A stretch of 64,000 nt of DNA from Phoronis australis (GCA_002633005.1 NMRA01000221.1:436290-500289); one strand, 5' to 3'; positions 24,150 to 38,564 are shown, numbered from the stretch's first letter. The notes: generated by a model from the sequence alone, not told the origin. Numbers and translations are program-made.

Positions 24150-27100
24150 TTGCCTTTCGCCCAAACAAGCTGACGCAGTTTCGGAAACCGTGGCGCACGG
24201 TAACTTCATTTTCGATACGCAAATGAAATTATATTGGATTACAGCGCCATCTATAAATCAACAGTACTCCCGGTCAGGCGTGTGGGAATTCCCGATGGCG
24301 TGTTGAAGTCATTACGCCGTCATTGTAAGTCAAAATACAAGGAAAATGGTCACATTCTGTGGAAAAATAGTACTTTTTCTAATGGTATTAACTATTTTCT
24401 TACCAAACAGTACGTCTACAATTACCTTTGAATTTGAAAAAAAAACACCCAAAAATCATCTTATCGCCACTTGGTCCTTCCTGGTCATACTGGTGTCTCC
24501 CTGCTTGAAGTTATTGAATGAGGTTTCTTTACTCCGTGCTTATCGTACTTTATTGGCTAGTCGTTGAATAAACAGTTTCTCTGACATCCAACTGACACAG
24601 TCAATTGGCTGTTTCAGAGGAACTACAGTAACCATGGAAAGCCCTGAAACTTCGGCCTGTGACCTGACCAGGTAGTTCACCTTTACATCTAGTGACCCCA
24701 GTTATCTCGCATTTTTATCCTGGTGTTTGTAATACGGTGCAAGTGATAAAGTTGAATCACGAGATAAAAGAAACAGCTGGGGTATTGAGGCATCGGATTC
24801 CTGAAAATGAACATGAAAATATTACACAATTGCGTGCTTGCTTATTTAAAGGGGGCTGAAAAGCAATATGATTGTGAACACCAAATTGAATGTTTGGCTA
24901 TTTACCTAAGTACAGAACCTGAAAAGTATTAGTGGCGCAAAATCGAAGCTTCTAGCTCTGCAGTGGCAGCTGATCGCCCTCTGGCTGCCACTGAGATAAA
25001 TCTCAAACGTATTTTAAAAATGATACAACGGCTTTGTTTTCATCGAATTCCAGAATGACAACGGCGAGAATTGGCCATTTATAATAACAACAGGAAAATA
25101 CAACGGATTTAAACTGTTTTTTAACTCTAGTCAACATCAATCACTTCGAAAAGACTATCCCTTTCACCAATTATACGTTTATTTGCTTCCGCACATGGGC
25201 AAGTAAAATGTTTCAGTAGTCTCACATTTTAATGATTTTACCGCACTAGAGTGACTTTCACTCAAACTGATGATGACAAAAAAGAAACTGAACTAGACAT
25301 TTTCAAAATCTTCAATAATATACCGTTCACGTAAAATCGCAACACTATGACCATACAAAATATTCAATCCAAGTCAGTATGAACGTAGGTGTAGCAGAAT
25401 TGTAAAAAACACTGAGCGCTACATTGGCGGGACAAAATGGGCAACTTCAAAAATAGACTATATAAGAATAGTTGATCCATACTCATTATTAGATCTGTAT
25501 GACGAAGAGATGTTTATCAAGTCAAGAATAACCCCTACTGTGACGTCAATTCCGACCACAGAATAAGCATAGAAAACAAAGAATTGATTTCAAAGCTTGG
25601 TCGTCGGACTTTCGCAAAATAAAATCAATGCATTCGACACTCGCCATTGGGTAAAGCAAGATATCCCAAGGTAGCAGGCATATTACTCAGACAAAAAGCT
25701 TTCAATATACCTTTAAGATTGTTTTGTGTCTCGGGTTCATCTACTGCATGGTTGTTTTATCGTTTACGTCGTGCAATTTTGACCATTCGTCTTCGTATGT
25801 TAGCCAAGAACAAATACGATAAACATAATACCAGAGAAGTTTTAATATAAGACATATGAGATGCAGTTAAATTGCTCATCTTTTGAGATACAAATGTATA
25901 AGGATTTTATAGCAGAAGAATTTTGCAACAGCCTTTAACTACAGAAACAATAAATTCTACAAATTTTGTATATGTATACATACAATTCTAATTCTATGAA
26001 AATTTCTGGTATCTGGGCTATCGTCTTTACGACGTGTTTGTAACGTCTTTCCTCTACCACAGTTCGTAATGCGTTGTTGGCCAACGAGACATGCAGGTAC
26101 TAAATTCAGACTCGTTAATCACGCCACCCTAGGTTAAGCGATACGGACTGATGCAATAAATGTTAAGCCATGTTTTCTGTTGAAATCGTGTCACGCGTCA
26201 AATGTTTATTGTCGTTCTTTTTGGTAAATATTTGCAATGCGTTTAACAACAATGGTTATACACATGTATTTTTGCTTTAATAAAATCTATCGAAAATCTC
26301 AGTTTTTAAAAATACTGCTTTGAAAATATGGTTCTCACAATTTTTATCCGAATCTGCCTACGCTGATAAAATCCTCAGAGTGTTACTGTAGTTCCAAACG
26401 ATAGAGTTGAGTGTTATCTGAACCTGTGTTAGCACGGCGATTGTGTAGTTAGTTACCAAGGGACTCGCGCCTATTGGAAAAAGACTGCTGTTGTAATTTC
26501 ACGCCGTTAGATGGTGCCACATTCGATTTTAGTACGGTGTTGGCTCACGAAGTAAATGCATAAACATTGAACGTTCATTCTGGTCAAACAGCTTTATGTG
26601 GGCGAATTGTTTCGCCGCTTGTCTAAACATTGACAGCACAATGAGCGCACGAAGCCACCATAATGCTATTTAATACCCTCCTGCACGGAAGTTTTAGTAC
26701 ACAAATGATAAATGAACTTGCACCCTTCATCTAAAGTTGTCCTTTGAAAGGCTGCCTGTTTATTGCTCACAGAAGCGTAAAGATCATAACAGTATAACTG
26801 TAGCCCGCGGGTGGGTTTAAGGTCTTTGTTCTAAACTAATCCTGTATTTCTCAGCTTTCAATAATGATTAATGCCACCATCACCACCCCCTACAGCGTCC
26901 ATTGGAGTTACGGATTCAAATCTCTGGTCACTACCTAGGACCAATATCAATACTCCCAGGTCACTACATAACATTTTTGTCACACAATTTTTGCAAAAAA
27001 TTGTCAACGCAGAAAGAAATGTTCATGAGTAATACAAGGTATACTTCTTTGTGTTATGTTTTAATTGCAAAAGATTAATTCATTTACAGCGTGCGTTGGA

Positions 27101-29608
27101 TACAAAGCAAGGTGGAGATCTGTCACGTGCTCTTCTTGTCGGCCACGGATAAGAACACTTTTTAGTTAACCCGAAGATGAGTTTGTGTTGCAGATTAGCT
27201 CCGAACAACAAAAGACTGCGAAATCAAGAGCGCCTGCCCGAGGTGGTAAATGCAAAATTACATCCTGGTGTATTCATCAACTGCGCATGCTGTTTGATTA
27301 ATGGAGTCACGTGCGATATTACAGGAAGATTGGTTGAATGACTGAATTGATGATTAAATGAGGATTGGTACAGCTATGGAGGCGGTCACGCAAGAGATTG
27401 TGTTCAGTTCAGTACAGACCGTGACACCAAATGGTAGACCTACAGGGAGGAACGTTTTAACAAAAAAAAGCGCCCTTGTCGAAATGACATTGATTTAAAA
27501 GAGCAAAATAAGACGTGGAAAATGTGTTTTGCCAACTCAACATGTTTCGTAGCGGCTTAGAGCGAAAAGGGTGTTTTTGACAACTCGAACGTGGTTCATG
27601 GTGGCTGTAAAGTTCGAAAAGAACGAAAGGCGTCACAGAGTCCTCAGCAAGAGGGTAGGCTACTCAGTGGCCTATTCAAATGAGTTGCTGAGAAGTTTTG
27701 CAGTGTGACTACTTGGAAAAAACAAATCGTAGGCATTTCTGAAAAGGCATTATATCTTATTGTTTATTTGTAGCCCAGATTAGCTTGCAGTCGTCAGGGT
27801 TCGGTGCAGATTAAAAAGATCGCGCACAACAAGATATTTGCTGTACTATTCAAAATATAAATATAAATATATACAAATCAATAGACGCGTATTTACTTGT
27901 TCATGCATTTTATGAGAGATTGCAATATCCAACTATGAATAATTACCTTGACATCAGATTATAGCTTTATTATCTTTTCAAGCTAATAAAATGACTCTTT
28001 TAACGAAGGCTTGCCAGCCGGTATGTACTGCACACTTCTCCACATTCGTGTTAATGTAATTTACTGACTCATAAAGTTTCCGTCGTGAAACATCCGATAT
28101 GCCGACGCTAGAATATTGAGAAGGAATTTAATAATGTCTGAAACTATTCCCACAATAGTTTCTATGATTTGTTCTGCTTGGTTGAATTTAACAGAAAAAA
28201 ATGATTTTTTGAGTTTTCAGTAAATATTTTAGATAGCACGTGTCGGCAGCGCGCCGGCACCTTCAAGTAAAGACGGAATTTCCCCATGGCAGTAACCTCA
28301 AAATAAAAAATGAAATGGTACGAAACAATTAAGCCACGTGAAATGAATATTAGACACGTAATAATAATAAATCAAAAGATTGTTTGTGTTTCTTTTGGTT
28401 ATTTATTTCTCGAGTCGCCAACCAGACAAACATACGCGAATAATTACATGACTAATTGAAGCCGAAAGTTTCAAAAACTGCTTTGAGTGAAAAGACTTAC
28501 TTTCGAATCATGAAAAGAACCGAAAATGTAGAACATTGTTGTCTCAAGGTACCCTCCCACGTCGGGTTTGTTTTTAATTTAAGTGCGCTGACGAAGGGTG
28601 AAACGGTCAACTGAAAACAGACTCTCCACCATTGGCCCTGGATGTGTGTCACGCTGACTTGCGATGTTTTCCATCAAATGAACCAGTTCATGATAATCAG
28701 CGTCTGCAAAGTCAATTACACTTACCGCGCTAACATCTGACGCCAATTTGTCACACATTATCGGTGAAGTTCCAACTGGTGCATGCAGGATTTTCTATTC
28801 CGAATAATTAATGATTTATATTTCTTCTAACAATTCCTGTCCATGAGAGTCATGTATGTCTCGTCACATAATAATTATTATCAATTAGCTACAAATAGAT
28901 TAATTAATTAACAAGTAATTAATCAACCAGGCAGTCCATCAATAATGTAATGTGTAACATGAAAATACTCCAAAACGTGTAGGCGCAGTGTAATCCACTT
29001 TCCTAATGTCAGCAACTTTCGTCAGAATTTACTCGACTTCACATTCGTTCGTTCGATCAACATTTCTCGAGTCAGCACAATTTGTTTTTCACTTTGTAAG
29101 CGAAGTCCTTGAATCTAAAGGGTCGTCTGGCGATGACGTCTTACATCACAAAGTCCAACTTGCATTTAGACCGCTCACTGTTATGAAATTGGTGTCGAAT
29201 TGTTCGTTAGTCTAATATTGGGGACCAACCACTCCAGGACTTTGAAAGAATTGACAGATCGTTATCGCTCGAGACCACGCGCTACACGTTGGCTTGTCAC
29301 GGCGTGTCACTTAGTGTGCAGAGAATGATCGTAAATTTTACACGAAATCTCAAATTTTAACGAACTGCCAGTTCTTGGCATACTCAGAAATCTTTACTCC
29401 CTGGGCAAGAAACAAGTTGAGACGATTTTAGCGGTAAAATCAAAAGTTCGCCTCTCGGACGGAAGGCTGTAGAGCTGCCCTACCTTCGACACCCTAAGGT
29501 GCCAGACATGGCCCAGTCCGGTGGAACTCATATTTTGGGCAAAGATTTTTGGCTTTGGGGCTTGACAGCCGTCAATGCGCCAAACCGCATACTTTGTCCA
29601 GAAGCCCG

Positions 29609-30009
29609 GGCCCGGTCTCCAATCTTTTTACTCGAAATGGAACTCGAAATTAGGTTTGGCATTTTCTACTCTACTTTTGGGCGAACTCAAGATAAGTGTC
29701 TATTATTCTATGCTCGAGTACACAATAACTTAAGTAGATAATTTATTGCCCTTAGTTCACAGTTTGTAAACCCAATATTAAAGCAATAATTAGAGCTTGA
29801 ACTCGAAATTTCGAGTTTTTACTCGAGTTTGTAGCACGAATATAAGTGCCTTCAAGGGCAAACTTGAACTAGAAACTCCTATGCATAAACTTATAATGCA
29901 TTCGAGCACAGTCTGATAACCAATTATCTTAAGTTGGCACAAAAGGAGCAGAGAAATTGCCAAAAATAGTTTCGAGTTCGTTTCGAGTACAAAGATTAGA
30001 AACCGGGCC
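29609..30009. mobile_element. MITE family C (GGCCCGG ends, roughly 35-40-bp imperfect TIR, 3-bp TSD; PIF/Harbinger-like)
   Basis: TSD CCG. Full-length homologue at 59426-59825. Confidence 0.8.
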
Positions 30010-32452
30010 CCGGACTGCGGCCATGACCGGGAACGCTGAAGAAGGACGGACGCGCGCGGTTTTGTTACCGACATCAATGGCGAGAAAAATGATTTTGGAA
30101 GATCGGCCTCCACTTAGAACCCAACCTGCCTACCCCGCGGTCGCAGTCTAGCGGAGGTTACTCCATTTGATACATGACAGAGCATTGCAAGTGTACAACT
30201 GACAAATTCGTCAACCCTGATTACATCAAATGGCTGGGAAGCGATTTGTAATAAAATCACAAAACACTGGATTTTTTTGTTCTATAGCTCTGGTCAAAAC
30301 TAATAACTTCGAGAAGTCTATCCCATCCAATACTAACCCCCACACTGCGTTCTATTTTTCTATCGTAGAAACAATAAATGTCCCTTAAAACTACATGTAG
30401 TCTTGCTCGTGAGACCAGACAAGTCTCATCATCTTCAGTGCTGTAGTGGGGCGTAGGCGCACGTAGGCGCAGCCAACCACCTTTTGGCATTTGCGCCTAC
30501 TTACCTCTTATTTATCACTATAGCAGTGATCATCTTTAGTCCAACCTGTTTGGTTACTTGAACTCAATAAGTGCCTCGGTTATTTTTGCGTAAGCTAATT
30601 ACAGTAAACGATTAGAGCTTCCTACGTCATTGACAAGTCTATTGTTGGTGAACTGTCTGTCCAGTGTTCACTATAAACACTTCAATCAACGCAACTTTCC
30701 GCATAATCTCACAAAACTAACATCACGACTCGTCGTTTAATAACATCTATTTTTGTAAAATTCTTGACACGAACAATTCGTTTCAAGTGGATATGTTTAC
30801 TCTGGTTACACCTGCCTGTAGTGAGACAGACTGTTCATCAATTGAAAATTACTCGGCGAGATCAAATGGCGAGCCTGTAAACATACAAAATCTTCAACGT
30901 TTGAATAACATTTCAAGTTAGCGTAGAAAATTTCAAATCAGCGCCGCTATAATTTCGAAAGAGGTAACGACGCCCAATTCGTTGATAAAACTCATCCATT
31001 TAAATACAGCGATAGACCTAACCCCAAAAATAAACAATAGAGACTGTTCGTGACATCAGTCACAGAGGTTTGTTTACAGCAGCAGTTCAAGCTGAGACCA
31101 ACAACCGCTATCAGTCTGTGCGTACATGCCGTGGTTAGATTGGCATTGCTCCACGGCCCTAAACAGTGATCGATCTACAGAAAAAATCCGCCGAGGAAAA
31201 TCTCCTCGAAAATCAGGGTATGGACTGTGGTCGTGCAATACACAATAATCATAATACGAACCAGCTGAATACACGAATAGAAAGCGGGACCTACGCCGGG
31301 GTTTTCCTACGCCTGACCGCCGATCACGTAGGAGGTATTCATGTACTTGATTCATGGAATTTCCGATGTCAGTACCCTCCAGCAACGGGGCTGAGAATGA
31401 GATAATTTGTGTACCCGTAGTGTTATCTGTTGTCGAAACAGCTGGGGGTAGGCAATTTCACAATTCGCAGCAAGATTGGATTTTTACACGTTGTTTCAAA
31501 ATACCTGATTTGTTTTCCCCACGAGCTCTTTTGCTGAAAGCGTGTGTTATTAAGGTGCTATAAATCCACGTTCAATCCAGGAATCGGGATTTTCGATTCA
31601 TACCACCTTTTGGTATAAAATTGCTATCAACTTTCTCAGGTGAAAAGCATAACTCGGTTTGTAAAGCTTTGACAGTTTTTGTGGCGACCACGCTCGGCGC
31701 ACAGCATGACACTCGGTGATATATCAACGGGGCGCGGGCCTGATCTGAAGCCATAACGAGCCGTAAGACGGGGGCATTTGAGTGCACGAATAAAACACAC
31801 AAAACGTATCTGCATTAATGGTGTCGTACAAAGTTTCGACATATTTTATTCGACTTTTACACTTTTTCTATAAAGCATTTTCCAATTTTATTATAACAAA
31901 ACATGACGCCTTTCGAAGACGCTAGGAAAATATATATATGAACTGCACAAAAACGCCTGCCCTTCACAAGCGCGTCTCGGATAATCTCAACAAACTTAAC
32001 ATTGTATAGGATACAGCATATATATCATGTAGAGAGGTAAGATCAGTTGGAATTATTGAGAAATATACCATTTCTGCACAAAGTCAAAACATGATTACAC
32101 ACAAACTATGAAGGACCGTTGAGATCTCGCTTATGATTAAAGCCAAACAAAATATACATCTAATATTCAAAATAACCGGACTCACTCTCTAAATCGAAGC
32201 TATTCACGTCGGCTTAAAAATATAATCGCAGATCGGAAAAAACAATAATTTTATAACACAAATTCTTCATTATTTACATGCATTTCAGAAATGTAATACT
32301 GCCCAAAAATTATTGCAACCGCATCAACTGGTCCTCTCAGATCCTTGGAAAAACTCACTAGCTAGAATCCTCAAAAAATAGTCCAAAACATTGCAGACGA
32401 TATGTAATAGATTGAAGAAACTCTCCGATTGAATCGTAACAGTGGCGGTGAT

Positions 32453-32956
32453 CTAACTCCAGACGAAGGTGGCAAACTGCTGGCCAAGTTGGTGAAGATT
32501 CATCACGTTTTTGGACGTTTGTAGAAGCTGGTCCTTGCAACTGAGCGTGAGATCGTTGGCGGACTGAGTAGTTTGAGAATTTGGCGAAGGTTGGTTTTGG
32601 ACTGGCACGTTATTGGACTCATATAGCACACAAATACTTCCATCTTCTCCGATACGATAGCTAACTTCATGAGGGTCGATCCACATAGTTAGTTCGTTAG
32701 GGAAGAGAGTGTTTAGCTGTTCGAGTCCAGTTGAGGCGCAGGCCTTTTCGACTAGAGGGTCCATTTTATGATTTATCCTAATACATCTGAATCCGCTACC
32801 TTTGAACGGGTTCTCAGGGAACCAATGATTCTGATAGTGGTTGAAAAGTACCTTTTGCAGAGTCCGGTTGAAACCCTCCAAAGTTTCCTCGCTCAGTTTG
32901 TGAGATCGAAGGAGTTTCGTGAGAAAGTCTGCTGCACTTTTTATTTCCTTTAACAT
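32453..32956 (-). CDS. BTG1: BTG/Tob family anti-proliferative protein, BTG1/BTG2-like, 167 aa, intronless CDS
   Basis: Contains Box A ([19 protein letters not shown]), Box B ([20 protein letters not shown]) and the BTG1/2-type Box C (DGSICVLYE). Confidence 0.95.
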   Translation of the reverse strand: MLKEIKSAADFLTKLLRSHKLSEETLEGFNRTLQKVLFNHYQNHWFPENPFKGSGFRCIRINHKMDPLVEKACASTGLEQLNTLFPNELTMWIDPHEVSYRIGEDGSICVLYESNNVPVQNQPSPNSQTTQSANDLTLSCKDQLLQTSKNVMNLHQLGQQFATFVWS

Positions 32957-33310
32957 TGTCGCTAGTCAAGATTCACAGTCTTTGACGGAAACTTCTGAAT
33001 TGTTTTGACTGCGGGATTATCTCATCCGTGTGACACTGCGTATTTCTCACTCGCACGTAGACACGAAGCGATGGCCGGAATTCTCGTTTTCTCAAAGTAA
33101 TCTCTCTTGGGCTCGTCAATGCTTGATGATTGGCTGAACTCGTTGCTAATTCTTCGGTTGGCGATGTCTTTTTTCGCTTTCAGAAGATTTTATTTGAAAA
33201 AACAGCACCGTTTAGCACCAATATGGTTGAAATGTTTCGCTGAAATGAATCGCCTCGCGAGCAGCCAAGCCTATTTATCGCGTCTCTTTGTCTACGGATC
33301 ATAACAAGCG

Positions 33311-33398
33311 GTGACGTCACGCAAAGAAATTACTGGAACGTCACTTATCTAAAAATAACCGCCAATCACGAAACGGGATTTCCTTCCATATATGGAAG
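33311..33398 (-). promoter_or_regulatory. Upstream regulatory cluster of the BTG gene: CRE, CCAAT, kappaB-like site, CArG/SRE
   Basis: GTGACGTCAC at 33311-33320, GCCAATCA at 33361, CGGGATTTCC at 33374-33383, and CCATATATGG at 33386-33395 inside the perfect palindrome CTTCCATATATGGAAG. The cluster lies about 350-440 bp upstream of the ATG. Confidence 0.65.
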
Positions 33399-36300
33399 CA
33401 AACTCAAACTAGAGTTTTGCAAAAATAAGGCGCAACATTTCACGCTTTTTAATAAAAGTATATGCAACATATTTTACAAAGTCCTCCGAGAGTCATAAAA
33501 AATATAAAAATACGAAAAAATACACAAAATACGTTATTCATGATCAAAATTTTCCAAACTACACTGATAAACTAAAAATATGCTGTATTCATAGTTTGCA
33601 TTTTGTCTCGACACCGAGTGATTTGAATGACAAGAGGGTTATGCCCTTGGAGTGTTTGCTCGGTGTCATAACACGGCGATCCAGGGTGACATTATTGACG
33701 TAGTTCTAACTAGGTCGATGCACTTGTTGAATAGTGATCAACTGTGTCCGATAGAAAACATTCATTAGTTTCTTTTCAAGTGTGCAATATAAACGTGTGA
33801 GAAGTGCAACCATTGTTGAACTGTTGCGCAACATGTTTAGTTGCTCTGCAAAACAAGATTCCCTGTTCGCAATCGTACATGCAAGTTCAACCATACGGAA
33901 CTTTGCTAAATGTAGGTGGACTAAAACCTGATAATATCCAACCGTGGTCTGAAAGAACATTTTTTGTTTTAGTATGTTTTAAAAATGTGTATTGCGTTGC
34001 AATGGCAAATGAAAAAACGAAGCATAGTGCCACTTTGACAGCTTCGTTTGATTATTTGTTGTTGATCTACCTACGTGGAACATTAAATGCATCCCTAAGG
34101 CTAATTATAAAACATTCAATATCTTGCAGTTCTGCTTCATCTGTAACAGCATTCCAAAAATCGAATTATCTTTTGTAGAGTTCTGTTGCATTATTGAAAA
34201 AATAAAGAAATTTCGTGCTGAATGCGCATTCGCTTCGTTAACGCCTCGGTCCGGCAGATAAGTCTCATCCACCGGGTAATATCGGAAGATTTTCAGGAGG
34301 GTCAGGCGGGTGTCTGGGTATAAAATCTCCCGCTGTAAGTAATATGACATCGTAGTCCAGGACTACTATTGATCCCAATGAAATCACCACATCATACCAG
34401 GCATCGAGATAGAACTCTAACGTAGGGATCAGGCGACCATTACCCGATAGGTTATCAAGGCTTTAAAAGTTGTTTTGTGAGTTTTTATTGGAAATGAAGC
34501 TCAATTGCAAGAATGTCGATAAGCTGCATGGAGGACAGTCAGTCTGTCGGGCCAATACACATCACCTGAATACGCACTGCACTGTTGAGCAATGAAGCGC
34601 TGATAGCGACGAACTTATGTCAAAATTCGGGCAACCTTGTACCTGATAAAATTCGTTTAAATAAGCATCGTCTTCACTGGTAGTGCCCAAGTTTCGCACA
34701 CACACGGGCGTTTTTCAAAAATCGGTCTCGAGAACGATTTGAAGACAAAGTGACGTTAATATAAGAAGTTTATTTTATTTAACTTTGTGTTATTTATTTG
34801 GAGTTGGCATGTTAAGAAATGGACAGAGACATGGGGTCTGCTGTTTTCATTTCCACATGAAAACATCAAAAGCTCTAATTAATCACAAAATTATTGATTA
34901 AATATAAACCATTAGCGATGCCCTTTGTTGCCGTATCTCTACAGTCTATTCACATAGTTATAATTGAGTTTTCCATTAATTACGGAAATGCTTTCTTTGT
35001 TCGACTCTGGTTTGTTCTAGCGGTGCGTGATAGGAAGAAGTCTCATTTCACCTACGGTCATGAAAGTAATCAGGATTCTCACGATGTGGCTGCGGATTAT
35101 CTCGCATACAACATCTGTCGCACTCTCACCCTGATTTTTAATGAGCTTCGTCCAGCCATTCGCAGCTGGAAGTGCGATATGCGAGCATTGTTTGGGTTTT
35201 CCTCTCATTGTGTGCAACTGGTGGTTGGGTCCATTACATCGATAGTAGGGGTACTAGTGGCCAGCGTTCTTCAAGTTGCCGGTGCAGGTAAAATTATTAC
35301 CAAACAGGCGTCAATGGAGATCTCAAAGGAGAATGGGAATCTATGAATAAGAACCTACGAACTGAGCAGATATTCCCATTTATGTTACTAAATGAGCCTT
35401 TATAACCCGCACGATCGGATGTATGCAGATCTAGGACCACCACTCCAGGTTTACGAGGAATCTAGGAACTTGGATAAACAAACGCCAATCGATGGTAGAT
35501 ACGGGCGTGCCTTCGCGCAGTCAAAATCCGGCCGTACCAACGTACCCAGGTCGTCGGAAAATGAAACTCGAGACAAAATCAAGTGATGAAAACCCCACCA
35601 GAAACCCCAATACGCGCCCCCGGCCTCGGTCGTCATCTTCACTGTTTACCCACCCTAGATACCTCAAAGCCTCCTCATACCCACCTGAATGCCCCAAATG
35701 ACAAAATGCACACCTGATACGATACCAGGGGGAAAATACCCACCCAAGATGATACCTAACAAAGCAAAACACACCGAGTTTTGCGGCACACGTCTCCTAA
35801 CCCTTCTACTGGGAAGACCTCCAGGAGCGACACTTCTTCGCTCCCATTTGTTTTCGTTTATAATTTAACGCTTTTCCCTCAGTTCAACTTTCCATTCCAA
35901 TTGCTTGATTTCCTCTCACAAACGAAAAAGGTTGTTAAGATTATTGTCAACTATTGCAATTATAGACGTAACACAAGCTATGCTTTCAATACTTCTAAAA
36001 ATAGATAGGCGGGATTAATGGTTTTGTCTCATATTGACCCGGCCGTAATCGTTGGATATAACGTGTTCGAATTTTGCAGTTTTCTCCATTGAACAACGGG
36101 CATCAAACTGGTTCTCGAAATACGGGCACGTTACATCCGACTATTGCCGTCCCGCACCAGTTTGATGGGAAATATGCACAAGTGCAGTTTCATCGGTGAA
36201 TAAAAAACCTCTGACAAGATACGTGCAAAATCCTTTCCCTGTACTATGGAATAAGCTCGCCCAAAAATGTAAACATTACCGAAGACATATTGATTCAGCT

Positions 36301-37609
36301 TTCCGGTAAACGCGTGTCAATAAAGTGACAATAGGCCAGTGTGCATTCAGTTATCAAACCGCTGTGCAACCATTCTCGTTCAGCCAATCGGTGTTGAGCA
36401 CTCCAAGCAGGTGTCTGTCGACTGGGATGTCCCGCACCGTAAATGTTGTGATTTGCTTTCGGGGATTTCTGATGTTTGACAAGAATGTTAATGTTTTGAC
36501 GGGTTTCCCAGCACGTCTGTTTACCTGTCAGTCGGAATGCGGAGACTTTAATTAATCTAACCACCGTGAGCGCAGCCAATTATTATTACATCAAGATCAA
36601 GGAAGCTGAAACTCACTTCTTCATCAGCTTTGTATTTCTGACACAAGACGAATGCTCCATTAACATGTCATAATATTCTTTTGTGTCGGCGGCATCTGCT
36701 CCCTAGTCATGATTGGGCTTGCCTGCCCTTGAACAAATTTGTCAGCAATACTGACCATCAAAACCACAAATGAAATTTCTAAACACGCTTGGTGCAATTT
36801 TCGTGAAGACGACTATCTACAATAACATAAGCTTGCAGCTTGCAATTAGACATCAAGTTCATTTATTGAATACAAATACATGCAAGCGCAAGTTGCCAAC
36901 GCAATTTTGACGAGGTTTTTGGTCTGCATTGACTTCAGTCAAGCCAGCCTTAGTTTTGACAAGTGGTATCATGATACATGTATTCAGTTTCGGCACTGAA
37001 CCCGCGTCGAATTTATGTAGAAAAATGCAACTGCCATCGGATTGCCTGTAGTTGGTACGCGAATCACAAAGTAGTGCAAAGTAGAAATCCATACGCCTCA
37101 CATTTTTTCGTCTGCAAACCACTGAAACGCGCGCCAACCAAACAGTGCCAGAAGCCCGTGAAGGGGACAAGGTTATGATTGACAAATCGAGTGTCCAAAT
37201 TATACGTACTCCCATTCAAACGGAGACGAACCCCAGCTCAAGCGCGCTGTTAAGCTGTGGTGACTCACACGTGGGGAAGCCCTGTGGACCGTTATTTATT
37301 TGTTAAATTTTGATATTATTGCTTCAGAGAGTATTTATTAGATTTTAAATTAAACATTTGTTACGAAAGCTGAGTACAATTTACAATTCAATTCTTAGTT
37401 TAAAATAAAATTATTGACAAAAAGTAACTGAGTTTACTTTACATTGCGCATGCGTGTTTTTACAAAAGTTGCGTCGTGAGGTTTAAAGTTTTAGACACGT
37501 CGAGTTTTTCTGCAAAAGGGTTGTTTTTACGGTTTATGTCAGAAAAGAAATCGTATAATCGCCTCTGGTTTATGGCATGGGCAAAATCCATGAGCAAGCC
37601 TCGGGATTT

Positions 37610-37805
37610 CATGCGTGCACTCAGCCTTTAACTTGGGGGGGACTCGAATTTCTGGTGAAGTGGACCTTCTGCTAACAAAAAAGCGGGAGGCCTAAAAAAA
37701 GGTTACTATGCCTTTTTAGTGGACTTTTGTCTCGTTTATTCGGACTTTTTGGTTCTCTGAGGCGGACCTTTTTGCCCACTTCGCCAAATTGGGGTGGAGG
37801 GCATG
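37610..37805. mobile_element. MITE family A with one end partly deleted (duplicate at 40729-40926)
   Basis: CATG ends. TSD GATTT. Internal sequence shared with the other family A copies. Confidence 0.75.
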
Positions 37806-38253
37806 GATTTTGATGAAATTACCAAGGTGTTTTGTCCAGAAACTTGAGACTTACCGTTCAGTGTTCAGGCTGAGAAGCTGTCACGCCGAGATAAACCAGG
37901 GGGACCAATACTAGTCGTACATAGTGGGTGCATGGAAGTCTTTCGTCACAGAAATGCAAAATTCTTCGAGCTGGGAAAGTTCCGAGAACTCTGGACCTCC
38001 CTGTGGATGCGGGAGCAGACTGGGGAGCAACACTCATGAAATTTGTCGTTTGTGACTGCAGAGTGAACCGGTGACCAGGTAGGCTTCAATCTCAACTTGG
38101 GCGCCTAGTGAGACCAGTAGGTCGTTATTGTTATCAAAAGTGTTGTAAGATGTTCATTCAAAAATGATGTAAAGTGGTTATAGTTTATGCCAAAGACGCT
38201 ATATTGTAATCTTAAGTTTTTCATAACAAGAACTGAAGCACCGTAGACAAAGT

Positions 38254-38406
38254 CAGGGGCGGATCCAGAATTTTGAGTGGGGGGGTCAGGGCAGAGTATT
38301 AGCCAAGATTTTGCTCGCAAGACATTCGCACCCCCGAACTGCCAAATGGAAAATGCAGAATTTTAGGGGGTTTGGCCCCATTGGCCCCCCTCTAAATCCG
38401 CCACTG
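38254..38406. mobile_element. MITE family B (duplicate at 41376-41529)
   Basis: TIRs present. TSD GAAGT is perfect in the duplicate. Confidence 0.85.
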
Positions 38407-38453
38407 GAAGTTGTTAATAATTATAGCTCATCACCTCGATCAACAATACGTAT

Positions 38454-38513
38454 CGAGATGTGCTGTCATCTATCGGTCAATCAAAATTGACCGATAGATA
38501 GCAGCACATCTCG
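38454..38513. other. 28-bp-arm inverted repeat just upstream of the MRPL46 start (duplicate at 41577-41636)
   Basis: CGAGATGTGCTGTCATCTATCGGTCAAT-CAAA-ATTGACCGATAGATAGCAGCACATCTCG; 26 of 28 positions are complementary. Confidence 0.85.
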
Positions 38514-38564
38514 TTTAAAAATTATTACTTTTCTGTGTCTGAAGGTAAGAATATTTGGTTCAAT

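Noticed and set aside
34894-35850. 150-aa ORF and neighbouring short ORFs between BTG and MRPL46
   Set aside because: No recognisable domain and no consistent splice structure.
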